A DNA stretch of 64,000 bases, from assembly GCA_044356395.1 (NCBI GenBank), contig JBIKWI010000002.1:1357-65356 (forward strand), in the 5' to 3' direction. Below the pieces are notes generated by a model, which made no database searches, had not been told where the DNA came from, and worked only from the letters and a program-made list of their open reading frames with translations. Positions 26,886-38,158 of this stretch are shown piece by piece. The stretch is from Tagaea sp. (GTDB lineage: Bacteria > Pseudomonadota > Alphaproteobacteria > CACIAM-22H2). How positions within the stretch are numbered: position 1 is the first letter of the stretch; each line of letters starts with the position of its first letter. A program made the translations under genes and the position numbers.

Positions 26886-29836
26886 CTAGTCGGCAGCCTG
26901 CCCGGCCCGGCTGCCGGCGGCGGCAAGATGGCGCACGACGAGTGCGAGCAGCGCATCCTTGCGGAACGGCTTGGAGATGAAGTCGTCCATGCCGGCGGCT
27001 AGTGCGGCTTCCCGGTCCGTCTCGAACGCGTTCGCGGTGACCGCGACGATGGGTACGCCGGCCCCGTCGCCGTCGAGCGCCCGGATCGCGGCGGTCGCCG
27101 CGTAGCCGTCCATCTCCGGCATGTTGACGTCCATCAGGATCAGGTCGTAGGGCGCCACGCGCTGGGCTTCGACCGCCTCAAGTCCGTTGCCCGCCGTGTC
27201 GACGCGCAGGCCGATCGGCTCGAGCATCGCCGACACGATCAGCCGGTTGGTCTGGTTGTCCTCCGCCAGGAGGATGCGCAGCGGCCGGCTGCGCGCGCGC
27301 GAAAGCCGCTCGATCTCGCCGGCCCAGTCCACGTTGCCGGGCTTTGCGTCGCTCTCGACGCTCGCCTGGGTCAGCAGAACATCGAACAGGAAAACGCTTC
27401 CCTTGCCGGGGGTGCTTTCGGCCCGCAGCTCGCCGCCCATGCGCGCGACGAGACGGCGCGAGATGGCAAGGCCCAGACCCGTGCCGCCGAAGCGCCGCGC
27501 GATCGACCCGTCGAGCTGCTCGAACTCGCGGAACAGGCGCGGCAGGCGGTCGGCCGGAATGCCGATGCCGGTATCACGCACCGAGAACCAGCCGCGGATC
27601 CGCCCGTCGGGCTGCACGCGCGCCGACGCCTCGACCCGCACGCTGCCCTGCTCGGTGAACTTGATCGCGTTCGACAGCAGGTTGAGCAGCACCTGGCGCA
27701 GGCGGCCGGGATCGCCGCGCAGGCGCTCGGGAACGTCGCCGTTCATCTGCCACTCGAGCGTCAGGTTCTTCGCCTTCGCGCGCGCCGCGACGATTTCGAT
27801 GGTCGAACGGACGAGCGCGTTGAGGTCGAAGGCGAGATCCTCGAACTCCAGCCGTCCCGCCTCGAGCTTCGAGAAGTCGAGCACGTCGTTGATGATCTGC
27901 AGCAGCGAATCCGAGGCGTCGCGGATGGAATGCACGTAGAGCCGCTGCTGGGAATCGAGGGCGGTGTCCAGCAGCAGGCTCGCCATGCCCATCACGCCGT
28001 TGATCGGCGTGCGGACCTCGTGGCTCATCGTCGCGAGGAAGCGCGACTTGGCGTCGCTCGCCGCCTCGGCCGTTTCCTTGGCCTGCGTCAGCGCGCGGGT
28101 CGCCGCGATGTCGGCGGTCACGTCCTGCAGCAGGTGGATCTCGCCGCCGCTCGCCGTCGAGAAGCCGATCCCGCGGATCGTCGGCCATCGGCGAGATGCC
28201 GGTCGTAGGGCACGCCGCCGCGCACGACGAACGACAGCCGGTCGACGACCCACGCTTCGCGCTCCGCGGCCGGCACGGCGAACAGCGGGGCGGCGGCGTG
28301 CAGATGCATCAGGTCGTAGGCGAGCATGCCGACCTCGATCTGCCCGCGCACGTGCGGATACATCTCCTCGTACTTGCGGTTCCACATCAGGACCCGCCGG
28401 CTGGCGTCGAACATAAGGAAGGCGTCGCGCAGCGCCTCGATGCCGTCGCGCAGCGTGCGTTCGCTGTCCTCGGCGCGGATCTTCGCGATGGCGAGCGCCT
28501 GGCGCGCTTCCATCTCCTCGGTCATGTCGCGCCCGGAGCCGCGATAGCCCGCGAACCGTCCCGCGTCGTCGAAGATCGGCTTGCCGCTGATCGACAGGAA
28601 GCGGCGCCTTCCGATCGCGTCGAACCGCTCGTAGCGGAAGTCGCGGAACGCCTCGCGCCGTTCGAGCTGGGCGCGGTGCGCGGCCCACCCGCTTTCGTCC
28701 ACGCCCATCACGCCCAGCTCGTCGCGCCGCATGCCGTACTGCGATTCCGGCTGCGTGCCGGAAAGCCGGTAGTTGGAATCCGAAAGAAACGTGAAGCGCA
28801 GATCGGCGTCCTGCTCCCAGAACCAGTCGGCGGTCGTCTCGGCGAAATCGCGGAAGCGCCGCTCGCGGTCCAGGATCGCGTGCTGGGCGGACTCCAGCTC
28901 GTCGAGCCGTCGGCGCAGCAGCCAGGCCATCGCGAATACCGCCAGCGAGGCAAGCAGGGCGGCCCCCACGATAGGCACGTCCATGGCCCGCGCGTGCGCC
29001 GCCATGTCGGCGGCGGCGATCTCGACGAAGATGGCGATTGGCCATTCGCCGATCCATTCGAAGGCCGCCAGCCGGTCGACGCCGTCGATCGGCGTCGGCG
29101 CGCGCACGAGGGCACCGCCGTCGGCGACGAGTGCCGCCCACGCCGCATGGCCGCGAAGATCGTGGACAGTGGCATCGACATTGCCGCCGGAGGAAACGCG
29201 TACGCGCGTCAGCCCATCCTGCCCGACCAGGCCGACGGCGCCGTCGCTGCCGAGATCGACCGCCGAAGCGATCGCGAGAAGGCGCGCCGGCATCATCGAG
29301 ACCACGACGACGCCCTCGAACGCGCCCGACGGGCCGTCGATGCGCCGCGACAGCGGGATCGAATTGTTGTTCGACACGCGGCTCACGCGCGGCGCGCCGA
29401 GGAACGGAACGTCGCCGGTGCCGTCGCGATGGAAGACGAAGAAGTCCCGGTCCGCGACGTCGGCCGTTGCGGCGCTCGTGCCCGACACGGCGACGAGATT
29501 GCCGGCAGCGTCGGCGACGGCGACGAAGTCGATCAGCCCCGGCGCCGAGGCGGCGAGACGGTCGAGCAGCTCGGCGTCGAGACCCGACATGCGCCGATGG
29601 AAGGTGACGGCAAGCCGGGCGATGCGGTCGACCGATTCGAGCGTGCGCTCGACGCTCTCGCGCGAAAGCCGGCACGTCTCCATCAGCGACTGCGTGGCGG
29701 CTTCGACGGAATGCGTGCGCTGCGAATGGAGGGCGACACCGGCAAGCGCCCAGATCATGCCGGCGACGGCCAACGCGATCGCCAGCACCCGATCCACGCG
29801 CACATGCACGAAGGAGGCCCGGCGCGGAACGCTCAT
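26886..29836 (-). pseudogene. hybrid sensor histidine kinase/response regulator (Cache-TM-PAS-HisKA-HATPase-REC) interrupted by a -1 frameshift near 28185-28200
   Basis: N-terminal part (29836-28118: dCache-like periplasmic domain, TM, PAS) ends ...RHLADGRRSAG* in one frame. The kinase continues in the -1 frame as ...TIRGIGFSTASGGEIHLLQDV...ATMSHEVRTPINGV... through HATPase and receiver to 26886. No start codon is available for the downstream part. Confidence 0.6.
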
Positions 29837-30022
29837 GATCGATGCACCCGCATAATCCCCCGCACATCGTCGAGGATAGGCTTTCGAGCCTAACGGGGCA
29901 AGTTCCGCGACGCGGCCCGTACTTGCACGCGATTTGCCCCTCCGCTACAACCCGTACGACCGGGGATGGCGCGAAAGAACCATGTTTTCAGCGCCCCCGC
30001 AGGCACAAAACGGGAGGAAACC

Positions 30023-31003
30023 ATGACGATCCAGAATCTGAGCCGACGTTCGCTTCTCCAGTACTCCGCCGCGGCGGCGGCACTGGCGGGCGTGCCGGGC
30101 ATCGCCGACGCCCAGACCATCGACCGCCTGCGCATGTACATCCCCGCGGCACCGGGCGGCGGCTGGGACCAGACGGGCCGCTCGATCGAGCAGGTCATGC
30201 GCGCCGCCGGCATCATGTCCAACTTCCAGTTCGAGAACGTGCCGGGTGCCGGCGGTGCGGTCGGCCTGCCCCGCTTCCTCGCCATGCGCGGCCAGGGCGA
30301 CATGCTGATGGTCGGCGGCATGGTGATGGTCGGCTCGCTGATCGCGAACAAGAGCCCGGTCAAGATCACCGACGCGACCGCGATCGCGCGCCTGACCGGC
30401 GAGTTCCAGGTCGTCGTCGTGCCGCCCAACTCGCCGCACAAGGACATGAAGAGCCTCGCCGCCGCCGTCAAGGCGAACCCGGGTTCTGTCTCGTGGGCCG
30501 GCGGTTCGGCCGGCGGCACCGACCACATCCTCGTGGGCATGATCGGCCAGTCGCTCGGCGTCGAGCCCAAGGCGATGAGCTACGTCGCGTTCTCCGGCGG
30601 CGGTCCCGCCCAGGCTGCGATCCTCGGCGGACAGACGACCTGCGGCGTGTCCGGCTGGGGCGAGTTCGCCGAACAGGTCAAGGCCGGCCGCCTGCGCGCC
30701 ATCGCGATCTCGGCGCCGAACCGCCAGGCCGGCATCGACGTGCCGACGCTGATCGAGCAGGGCATCAACGTCGAGCTGTTCAACTGGCGCGGCGTGTTCG
30801 CCACGCCGGGCGTCAGTGCCGCACAGCGCACCGCGCTTCTCGGCCTCGTCGACCGCATGGCCAAGAGCAGCCAGTGGAAGGAAGAGTGCGAGAAGCGCGA
30901 CTGGACCCAGATCTACCAAGCGGGCGACGATTTCGGGAACTACGTGAAGGCCGAAGTCACGCGCATCGAAGGCGTGCTGCGCGGTCTGGGCCTCGCGGCC
31001 TGA
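30023..31003 (+). CDS. tctC: TctC (Bug-family) substrate-binding protein, second copy
   Basis: Tat/Sec-like signal peptide MTIQNLSRRSLLQYSAAAAALAGVPGIADA, Bug-family core; RBS GGGAGGAAA upstream. Confidence 0.85.
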   Translation: MTIQNLSRRSLLQYSAAAAALAGVPGIADAQTIDRLRMYIPAAPGGGWDQTGRSIEQVMRAAGIMSNFQFENVPGAGGAVGLPRFLAMRGQGDMLMVGGMVMVGSLIANKSPVKITDATAIARLTGEFQVVVVPPNSPHKDMKSLAAAVKANPGSVSWAGGSAGGTDHILVGMIGQSLGVEPKAMSYVAFSGGGPAQAAILGGQTTCGVSGWGEFAEQVKAGRLRAIAISAPNRQAGIDVPTLIEQGINVELFNWRGVFATPGVSAAQRTALLGLVDRMAKSSQWKEECEKRDWTQIYQAGDDFGNYVKAEVTRIEGVLRGLGLAA

Positions 31004-31076
31004 CCGGGATCGACTGAAGGCAAGTCACGGCGCGGGCCGGAAGACGGCCCGCGCCGTTCCGTTTCGGGGGGAATGG

Positions 31077-31550
31077 ATGTCGTTGCGACTGTCGGCCGAG
31101 TTCTGGTGCGGCCTGTGCGTGCTCGGCTTCGCCGCGATCGTCGGCTACGAGGCATCGCTGATCCCGACATCGCTCTACGCGCGCGTGGGTCCGCAGGTGG
31201 TCCCCTTCGCGGTCGCGGGCGGGCTTGCGCTGCTGGGCATCGTCCTGCTCGTGCAGAACGCGCGCGGCACATGGGACACGTCGGGCGATCCGGAACTCAC
31301 CCTGCCGATCGACTGGCGCAGTGCCCGCTGGCTGCTGCTGGGCCTGGCACTCAACCTTTCGCTGATCGCCGACGCGGGCTTCATCGTCGCGTCGAGCCTG
31401 CTGTTCGCGTGCACCGCGCGCTGCTTCGGCAGTGCCAACCCGCTCAAGGACGTGGCCCTCGGCATCGTCCTTTCGGCGACGGCGTATTTCGGTTTCTCAA
31501 AGGGCCTCGGCATCAATATCGGCGCCGGGCCGATCGAGGCGCTTTTCTAG
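31077..31550 (+). CDS. tctB: TctB small membrane subunit, second copy
   Basis: 157-aa hydrophobic protein between tctC and tctA. Confidence 0.7.
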   Translation: MSLRLSAEFWCGLCVLGFAAIVGYEASLIPTSLYARVGPQVVPFAVAGGLALLGIVLLVQNARGTWDTSGDPELTLPIDWRSARWLLLGLALNLSLIADAGFIVASSLLFACTARCFGSANPLKDVALGIVLSATAYFGFSKGLGINIGAGPIEALF

Positions 31551-31551
31551 G

Positions 31552-33039
31552 ATGGACACGCTCGCATCACTCGCCGACGGCTTCGCGGTCGCGCTCACCG
31601 CCCACAATTTGATGTTCGCACTGCTGGGCACGTTCCTGGGCACGGCCATCGGCGTGCTGCCCGGCCTCGGGCCGGCACTGACCATCGCGCTGCTGCTGCC
31701 CATCACCTACAAGGTCGACGCGACGGGCGCCTTCATCCTGTTCGCGGGCATCTATTACGGCGCCATGTACGGTGGCTCGACGACGTCGATCCTGCTGAAC
31801 ACGCCGGGCGAGAGTGCCACCATCGTGACGGCCCTCGAAGGCAACAAGATGGCCAAGCGCGGGCGCGCGGGTGCCGCCCTTGCCACCTCGGCGATCGGCA
31901 GCTTCGTCGCCGGAACCATCGGCACGATCGGCATCACGTTCCTTGCCCCCATCGTCGTGGAGCTGGCGCTGAAGTTCGGCCCGGCCGAGTATTTCTGCCT
32001 GATGGTGCTGGCCTTCGTGACCGTGTCGGCCGTGCTCGGCAACTCGACCTCGCGCGGCCTCGTGTCGCTGTTCTTCGGTATCTGGCTCGGTCTCATCGGC
32101 ATCGACCTGCAGACCGGCCAGCCGCGCTTCACGTTCGGCCTGCTCGAACTGCTCGACGGCATCAACGTGATCGTCGTGGCCGTGGGCCTGTTCGCGGTCG
32201 GCGAGACGCTGTGGCTCGCCTCGCGCCATGCGCACGGCAAGGACGAGCTGCTGGCGCTGTCCGGCTCGCTGTGGATGACCAAGGAAGAGTGGAAGCGCAG
32301 CTGGAAGCCTTGGTTCCGCGGCACAGGCCTCGGCTTTTCCATCGGCGCGCTGCCGGCGGGCGGTGCGGAAATCCCGACTTTCCTTTCGTACTATCTGGAG
32401 AAGAAGCTGTCGGTGAAGCCCGAGGAGTTCGGCCACGGCGCCATCGAAGGCGTCGCCGGTCCCGAGGCCGCCAACAACGCGTCGGCCGCCGGCGTGCTGG
32501 TTCCCATGCTCACGCTCGGCCTGCCCACGTCGGCCACTGCCGCGATCATGCTGTCGGCCTTCCAGAGCTACGGCATCCAGCCCGGCCCGCTGCTGTTCCA
32601 GAACCAGGCCACGCTCGTGTGGGGCCTGATCGCCTCGCTCTACATCGCCAACGTGATGCTGCTGGTGATGAACCTGCCGCTGGTGCCGCTGTGGGTGAAG
32701 ATCCTCGCAATCCCCAAGCCGTGGCTCTATGGCGGCATCCTCGTTTTCGCGACGATCGGCACCTACGGCATCAGCCAGAGCGTGATCGACCTCGTGTTGC
32801 TCTACGCGGTCGGCCTGATCGGCTACGCGATGCGCCGGTTCGACTTCCCCTCCGCACCCGTCATCATCGGCATGATCCTCGGACCGCTGGCCGAGCAGGA
32901 GCTGCGCCGCGCGCTGACAATCAGCCAAGGCGACTGGACCGTGTTCCTCACCCGCCCGCTGTCGGCCACGCTGATCGCCATCGCCCTGCTCGCCCTCGCC
33001 GGCCCGCAGATCTGGGCCGCCTTCCAGCGCCGGAAATAG
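31552..33039 (+). CDS. tctA: TctA permease, second copy
   Basis: 495 aa; TctA motifs ([50 protein letters not shown]). ATG 31552 directly follows the tctB stop. Confidence 0.85.
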   Translation: MDTLASLADGFAVALTAHNLMFALLGTFLGTAIGVLPGLGPALTIALLLPITYKVDATGAFILFAGIYYGAMYGGSTTSILLNTPGESATIVTALEGNKMAKRGRAGAALATSAIGSFVAGTIGTIGITFLAPIVVELALKFGPAEYFCLMVLAFVTVSAVLGNSTSRGLVSLFFGIWLGLIGIDLQTGQPRFTFGLLELLDGINVIVVAVGLFAVGETLWLASRHAHGKDELLALSGSLWMTKEEWKRSWKPWFRGTGLGFSIGALPAGGAEIPTFLSYYLEKKLSVKPEEFGHGAIEGVAGPEAANNASAAGVLVPMLTLGLPTSATAAIMLSAFQSYGIQPGPLLFQNQATLVWGLIASLYIANVMLLVMNLPLVPLWVKILAIPKPWLYGGILVFATIGTYGISQSVIDLVLLYAVGLIGYAMRRFDFPSAPVIIGMILGPLAEQELRRALTISQGDWTVFLTRPLSATLIAIALLALAGPQIWAAFQRRK

Positions 33040-33047
33040 GTTACGAC

Positions 33048-33062
33048 AGGTTACGGTAACCT
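33048..33062. repeat. perfect 15-nt palindrome AGGTTACGGTAACCT with an adjacent GGTTACG direct repeat, 9 nt after the tctA stop
   Basis: Read directly from the sequence: 7-bp arms around a central G; GGTTACG occurs at 33039-33045 and 33049-33055. Confidence 0.4.
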
Positions 33063-33264
33063 ATTTAAGCCTTTGAAATGGAAAGAAGGTAACGTCCGCG
33101 CGCGTGACGTGCGACGTGCCGTCCGACGGGCGCAGTTCCGCAACCGCCTCGACCGCGCGACCCAGGTTCCCCATTCACGATGTCAAACAGCACAGGCTTG
33201 CGCCCTGTTCTGCATCATAGGTATGTTTGCTGAAATAGGAATGCGCACAATCGTAGGCAATCGA

Positions 33265-33654
33265 TCAACGATGCGCGACATCCGCATAGGCCACGCCGTG
33301 GCCCAGCGACCAGTCTTCGGCGCCGTTCTCGACCAATGCCACGAAGATGTCGTCGCCGGCGAAGCCGGCCGCCACGGCACCGTCGGCGATCGCGCGGAAC
33401 AGCAGGCGCTTCTGCTCGCGCGTGCGGCCCTTCAGGAACGCGATCTCGACAACGCATGCATCCCGCGTGCGCGCGACGTCTGGAAATGTCGGATCGAGGA
33501 TCATCATGCCGTCCGCGAAGCGCGTCACGAGCTGGAAGCGGTCCTTCTCCGGTACGTTGCAGGTGCCGACAAGGCCGCGATGGACCGCGTCGGCGAGGGC
33601 GCGGACTTTCTCCGCCGGCAGATGGTGCGGGACGGCGATGCGGGCGAGCGGCAT
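33265..33654 (-). CDS. tautomerase-family protein (4-oxalocrotonate tautomerase-like, long form)
   Basis: 129 aa beginning MPLARIAV (Pro-1 catalytic after Met removal); tautomerase fold. Confidence 0.6.
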   Translation of the reverse strand: MPLARIAVPHHLPAEKVRALADAVHRGLVGTCNVPEKDRFQLVTRFADGMMILDPTFPDVARTRDACVVEIAFLKGRTREQKRLLFRAIADGAVAAGFAGDDIFVALVENGAEDWSLGHGVAYADVAHR

Positions 33655-33786
33655 GTCGGATTCTCCTTCGTCGGTTACGTGCCCTTCTAACAGCGCACGT
33701 ACATACGACTAGCCCGCCGCGCGGCACATCATCCGTGCCCCGGGTTCACGAATTCGCGGCCCTCGCAGAACGAAGCGGCGAGCCCC

Positions 33787-36150
33787 CTAGGCCGCCGCCA
33801 CCCTTCGCGTGCGCATCCAGTGCAGCCCCAGCCCGACCGCCAGCAGCACCGCACCCGCGATGTCGGCGGTCGTGTCGGCGGCGATCAGCAGGATGCCGCC
33901 GACGAGGCACAGCACGCGCTCGATCGCGTTTGCGTGCGCGCGGGCATAGCCGGTGATGCCGGTGCACAGCCCGACGAGCGCCAGGCACGAGGTCAGCGTC
34001 GTCTCGGCGATGCCCCACCAGTCGCCGAAGCTCGCCGGCCATTTCGCGTCGGGCGTGAGCATCAGCAGCTGGAGGCCTTCGGGCGTCAGGCAGAACATGA
34101 TCGGCACGACGAACGCCGGCAGCGTGTATTTCCATGCCTGCATCATCGTGGGGAACGGCCGCCCGCCGGTGATCGCCGACGCGGCGAACGGTGCCAGGGC
34201 CGTGGGCGGCGAAACGTCGGCGAGCACGGCATAGTAGAACATGAACATGTGCGCGGCCGGTGCCGGGATGCCGACCTTGGCGAGTGCGGGCACGAGCATC
34301 ACGGCCGCGATGATGTAGCTCGCCGTGACCGGGACCGCGAGGCCGAGCACCCACATGGCGAGGGCCGCCAATGCGATGACCGGCAGACGCTCGCCGCCGC
34401 CCAGCGCCACGATTATCGACGACAGCGTCAGGCCGAGCCCCGTGAGGTTGACGATGCCGACGATGAGACCGGCGCACGCGCACGTCGCGACGATGCCGAG
34501 GGTCGAGCGCGTGCCGTCGACCAGTGCTTCGATCATGCGCGTGGCGGCCGGATCGGGTTCGCGGCCCGCGCGCGCGGCGGCAAGCGCCTGCGCGCCCGAA
34601 ACCGCGATCGCCGCCACCATGCCCCAGAAGATCGAAGCCGAGATGCGCCCGTCGAACAGTTCGTGCAGGCCCATCGCCTCGGGCATGTCCGACACGCCGA
34701 AGCCCCAGGCCGCGGCCGCCGCCGCCACGCCGGCGAAGAAGGCCGGCACGGTCACAAGCCGGCTGTCCTCGCGGATCATCGACAGGCCGAACGCGATGGC
34801 GATCGACCAGAAGACCGCGAGGAACGAGGTGAAGCCGAGCACGAGGAAAAACGCGATCGCCGCCAGCGACAGGAAATGGTAGCCGTGCCCCAGCGTGAGC
34901 GCCCACAGCGAGGCATCCGACGTCTTCATCGGCGCGATCTTGAGGCGACGGGAATCCGCCTCGGTCATCAGCCAGCACGACACGTAGTAGAGCAGCGTCG
35001 GGATCGTCGCGTAGACGAGGACGATCAGGTAGTCGATGTCGAGATATTCGGCGATGATGAAGGCCGCCGCCCCCAGCGTGGGCGGCGACAGCGTGGCGCC
35101 GATGCCCGCCGCCGACAGCATGCCGCCGGCGACGGTCGCGGGATATCCGGCCTTCTTCAGCATCGGCCAGGCGAGCGAGGCGACCGTCACGGTCGTTGCC
35201 ACGCCGGATCCCGACACGGTCCCGAGCAGGAAGCCCGACGCCACGACCGCGCGCCCCGGTGCCGAGGCCGACGGCTTCTTGCCGAAGAGCGCGAACGCCC
35301 AGTCGATGAAGAACTTGCCCGCCCCGCCCCGGTCGAGCACGGCGCCGTAGAGCGTGAACAGGATGATGAAGGTCGCCGCCACGTCCATCGGCGTGGCGAA
35401 GATGCCCTCGAGCGTCAGGTAGTTCTGGCCGATGATGCGGTTGAGCGAGAAGCCGCGATGGTCGAACGGCTCGGGGATGTAGGGACCGAAATAGCCGTAG
35501 ATCAGGACCAGGATCGTGACGAAGGGCAGGATCCAGCCGATCGTGCGGCGCGTGCATTCGAGGATCAGCAGGGCGAGCGTTGCGCCGAGCACAAGTTCGT
35601 CGGCGGACGGGCGCGTGGGGCGCGACTTGTACTCGTCCACGTTCGCCGCAAGGTACCACGCCGTCCAGATCGCGAACGCGACGAAGATCCAGTCGACGAG
35701 CTGCGTGCGCGCGAGGAAGCGGTTCGACACGATCAGCGGATAGGCGGCGAAGGACAGCGCCACGATCACCAGCATGCCGCCGGCGAACGGAGCGCGCTCG
35801 AAGATGCGCCCTTCGGTGTAGAGCGCGAGCATGGCGCCGAGACCGAGGGCGGCAACGCACCATTCCTCGATCGTGGCGCGGCGCAAGCTCGCATCGACGC
35901 GCACGAGCGGGTAGAGGATCAGGATCAGCGCCAGCGCCACCGCCAGGAAGCTCGAGCGGTAGAAGGTCGTGTTGACCGCGAACTGGGTCCAGAACAGCGA
36001 ATAGCCGCCAAGCCCGAACGCCACGGCCCCGGTCAGCCAGCCCAGCCAGCCCGACAGGCGCTGTGCTGGCCCGCCCTCGCTGTCCGAGGACAGCCGCTCG
36101 AGTTCCTCGGCGGTCAGTTCGACCTTATCCAGTCCTGCGGAGTTCGCCAT
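33787..36150 (-). CDS. TRAP transporter fused permease (TAXI-type, DctQ-DctM fusion)
   Basis: 787-aa polytopic protein. Start set at ATG 36150 (MANSAGLDK...); the longer Arg-rich extension is rejected. Confidence 0.75.
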   Translation of the reverse strand: MANSAGLDKVELTAEELERLSSDSEGGPAQRLSGWLGWLTGAVAFGLGGYSLFWTQFAVNTTFYRSSFLAVALALILILYPLVRVDASLRRATIEEWCVAALGLGAMLALYTEGRIFERAPFAGGMLVIVALSFAAYPLIVSNRFLARTQLVDWIFVAFAIWTAWYLAANVDEYKSRPTRPSADELVLGATLALLILECTRRTIGWILPFVTILVLIYGYFGPYIPEPFDHRGFSLNRIIGQNYLTLEGIFATPMDVAATFIILFTLYGAVLDRGGAGKFFIDWAFALFGKKPSASAPGRAVVASGFLLGTVSGSGVATTVTVASLAWPMLKKAGYPATVAGGMLSAAGIGATLSPPTLGAAAFIIAEYLDIDYLIVLVYATIPTLLYYVSCWLMTEADSRRLKIAPMKTSDASLWALTLGHGYHFLSLAAIAFFLVLGFTSFLAVFWSIAIAFGLSMIREDSRLVTVPAFFAGVAAAAAAWGFGVSDMPEAMGLHELFDGRISASIFWGMVAAIAVSGAQALAAARAGREPDPAATRMIEALVDGTRSTLGIVATCACAGLIVGIVNLTGLGLTLSSIIVALGGGERLPVIALAALAMWVLGLAVPVTASYIIAAVMLVPALAKVGIPAPAAHMFMFYYAVLADVSPPTALAPFAASAITGGRPFPTMMQAWKYTLPAFVVPIMFCLTPEGLQLLMLTPDAKWPASFGDWWGIAETTLTSCLALVGLCTGITGYARAHANAIERVLCLVGGILLIAADTTADIAGAVLLAVGLGLHWMRTRRVAAA

Positions 36151-36290
36151 GCCGCCCCTGTCCCCTGTCGCGCTGCGGCCGCTCGACGGGGCCGCTTGAC
36201 GCCGACGCACTCTAGCCGTTCGCAGGCCGGATAAGCAAAAGGCCCGGACGTCGCCGTCCGGGCCCCTTGCCGAAACCGATCCGGCTTCGA

Positions 36291-37271
36291 TCAGCTCATC
36301 ACGCCCTTGGCCCTGAAATAGGCCTCGGCCGCCGGGTGGTAGGGGATCGCGGCCTTGCCCGCCGCACCCGCCAGCGTCAGGCGGCGCGCTTCGGGATGGA
36401 TCGCCTGCACCTCGGCGAGGTTGTCGAACATCGCCTCCAGCATCGCGGTCACGAGGGCCGCCGGCGCCTTCGAAGACACGACCAGCACGTTGGCGACGCC
36501 AAGGCCCGACACCGCTTCCGGCTGGTTGGCATAGGCGTTCGCCGGCAGCGTGATCGGGCGGTAGAGGTTGGGCCACTTGGCGTCGAGGACCGCCAGTTCG
36601 CGCGTGGTGGGCACGAAACGGATGGGCGGCTGGCCGCCGGTGGCCAGTTCGCGCACGGCGGCCGTCGGGATGCCGCCGATCCAGAAGAAGGCGGCGATCT
36701 TGCCGTCCTTGATGGCGCCGGCGGATTCCGCCACGCCGAGATTGTCGCGCGTGATGTCGCGCTTGAAGTCGAGGCCGCCGGCCTCGAGCACGCGGTCGGT
36801 GATCGATTCAGTCGCCGAGCCGACCGAGCCGACGCCGATGCGCTTGCCCTTCATGCTGGCGATGTTGGTGACACCCGACGACTGGCTGGCGACGACATGG
36901 AAGAACGAATCGTAGAGCAGCGCCATCACGCGGACGTCCTGCTTGCCGTCCTTGGCATAGGCCTCGACGCCCATGTAGGCGTCGTAGGCGCTGTCCATCG
37001 TCGAGAAGCCGAGTTCGGCGTCGCCCGAATGAAGCAGCTTGATGTTGTCGATCGAACCGCCGGTGACCTGGCCCGTCGCCTGCGTGTTCGCCATTTTCTC
37101 GGAGAACAGCTTGGCGAGGCCGCCGCCATAGGGATAGAAGACGCCGCCGGTCCCGCCGGTGACGACGGTAATGCGCCGGCGGCCTTGGGCGATCGCCGGG
37201 GCGGATGCGGCGAATGCGGCGCCGGCCCCCAGTGCGAGGGCGGTTCGGCGGCTGATCGTGATCTTGGACAT
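36291..37271 (-). CDS. TAXI-family TRAP transporter solute-binding subunit
   Basis: Signal peptide MSKITISRRTALALGAGAAFAASAPAIA and the TAXI signature (ITVVTGGTGGVFYPYGGGLAKLF). Confidence 0.8.
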   Translation of the reverse strand: MSKITISRRTALALGAGAAFAASAPAIAQGRRRITVVTGGTGGVFYPYGGGLAKLFSEKMANTQATGQVTGGSIDNIKLLHSGDAELGFSTMDSAYDAYMGVEAYAKDGKQDVRVMALLYDSFFHVVASQSSGVTNIASMKGKRIGVGSVGSATESITDRVLEAGGLDFKRDITRDNLGVAESAGAIKDGKIAAFFWIGGIPTAAVRELATGGQPPIRFVPTTRELAVLDAKWPNLYRPITLPANAYANQPEAVSGLGVANVLVVSSKAPAALVTAMLEAMFDNLAEVQAIHPEARRLTLAGAAGKAAIPYHPAAEAYFRAKGVMS

Positions 37272-37443
37272 GCGGTTCTCTTGCTCCCTTTGACGGCGCG
37301 AAACGCGCTATTGTTTGATCTTCCACGTCGGCAATCCGGGGGCGCCGACTTCGTTGCGCCTAATATGGTAAAATCGTATGGAATTTCCACGTTTTTTTGC
37401 TTAACACCGTCCTTCCCAGACAAATCCAACCGGCGAGCGTGAA

Positions 37444-38043
37444 ATGAATCTGAGCGGCGAATATCGCCTTCCCCTGCCCCGCGAGACCGTCTGGGCCGGT
37501 CTCAACGATCCCGAGATCCTCAAGCAGTGCATTCCGGGATGCGACGAGCTGGTCAAGAATTCCGATACCGAGCTTTCGGCCAAGGTCGGCCTCAAGATCG
37601 GTCCGATGACGGCGAAGTTCACCGGGAAGGTCACGCTTTCCGATCTCGACCCGCCCAACGGCTACAAGATCGCCGGCGAGGGCCAGGGCGGCGTGGCAGG
37701 CTTCGGCAAGGGTTCGGCGGTCGTCACGCTCGAAGACGACGGATCGGGCGGCACGATCCTGCGCTACACGGCCGACAGCCAGGTCGGCGGCAAGATGGCG
37801 CAGCTCGGCTCGCGCCTGATCGACGCAACGGCCAAGAAGCTCGCCGACGAATTCTTCGGCAAGTTCGCCGAGGTCGTCGCGGTTCCGGCAGCCGCTGCCG
37901 ATGCCGGTACCGTTCCCGCACCTGCACAGGAAGCCCCGGTTCCCGCTCCGGCCGCCGATGCCGGCGGCCTGCCGCAGACGGTCTGGATCGCCGCCCTCGT
38001 GGTCGCGGTCGGCGTTTTGCTGTGGCTGGTGCTCGGGGGCTGA
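37444..38043 (+). CDS. coxG: carbon monoxide dehydrogenase subunit G (SRPBCC/CoxG family)
   Basis: 199 aa; CoxG-like N-terminal SRPBCC domain ([33 protein letters not shown]) with an Ala/Pro-rich tail and a C-terminal TM helix. Confidence 0.75.
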   Translation: MNLSGEYRLPLPRETVWAGLNDPEILKQCIPGCDELVKNSDTELSAKVGLKIGPMTAKFTGKVTLSDLDPPNGYKIAGEGQGGVAGFGKGSAVVTLEDDGSGGTILRYTADSQVGGKMAQLGSRLIDATAKKLADEFFGKFAEVVAVPAAAADAGTVPAPAQEAPVPAPAADAGGLPQTVWIAALVVAVGVLLWLVLGG

Positions 38044-38158
38044 ACCGTCACACCGGTTTGGCTTGACGTCCTACAGCGGCGGGCGTGAAACTCGCGCCCA
38101 ATCAATGCGGTCGGCCCGGCTGGGCGCCCGCCCGATATCCAGACGAAGGGGAGAGACG

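Noticed and set aside
27000-29867. N-terminal 700 aa of the 993-aa ORF 26886-29867
   Set aside because: It is Arg-rich, off-frame read-through of the histidine kinase sensor region. The sensor is encoded in the adjacent frame (28118-29836).
33820-36234. 804-aa plus-strand ORF and the 142-aa N-terminal extension of the TRAP permease ORF
   Set aside because: It is antisense and out of frame relative to the conserved TRAP permease, with a low-complexity Arg/Asp/Glu composition.
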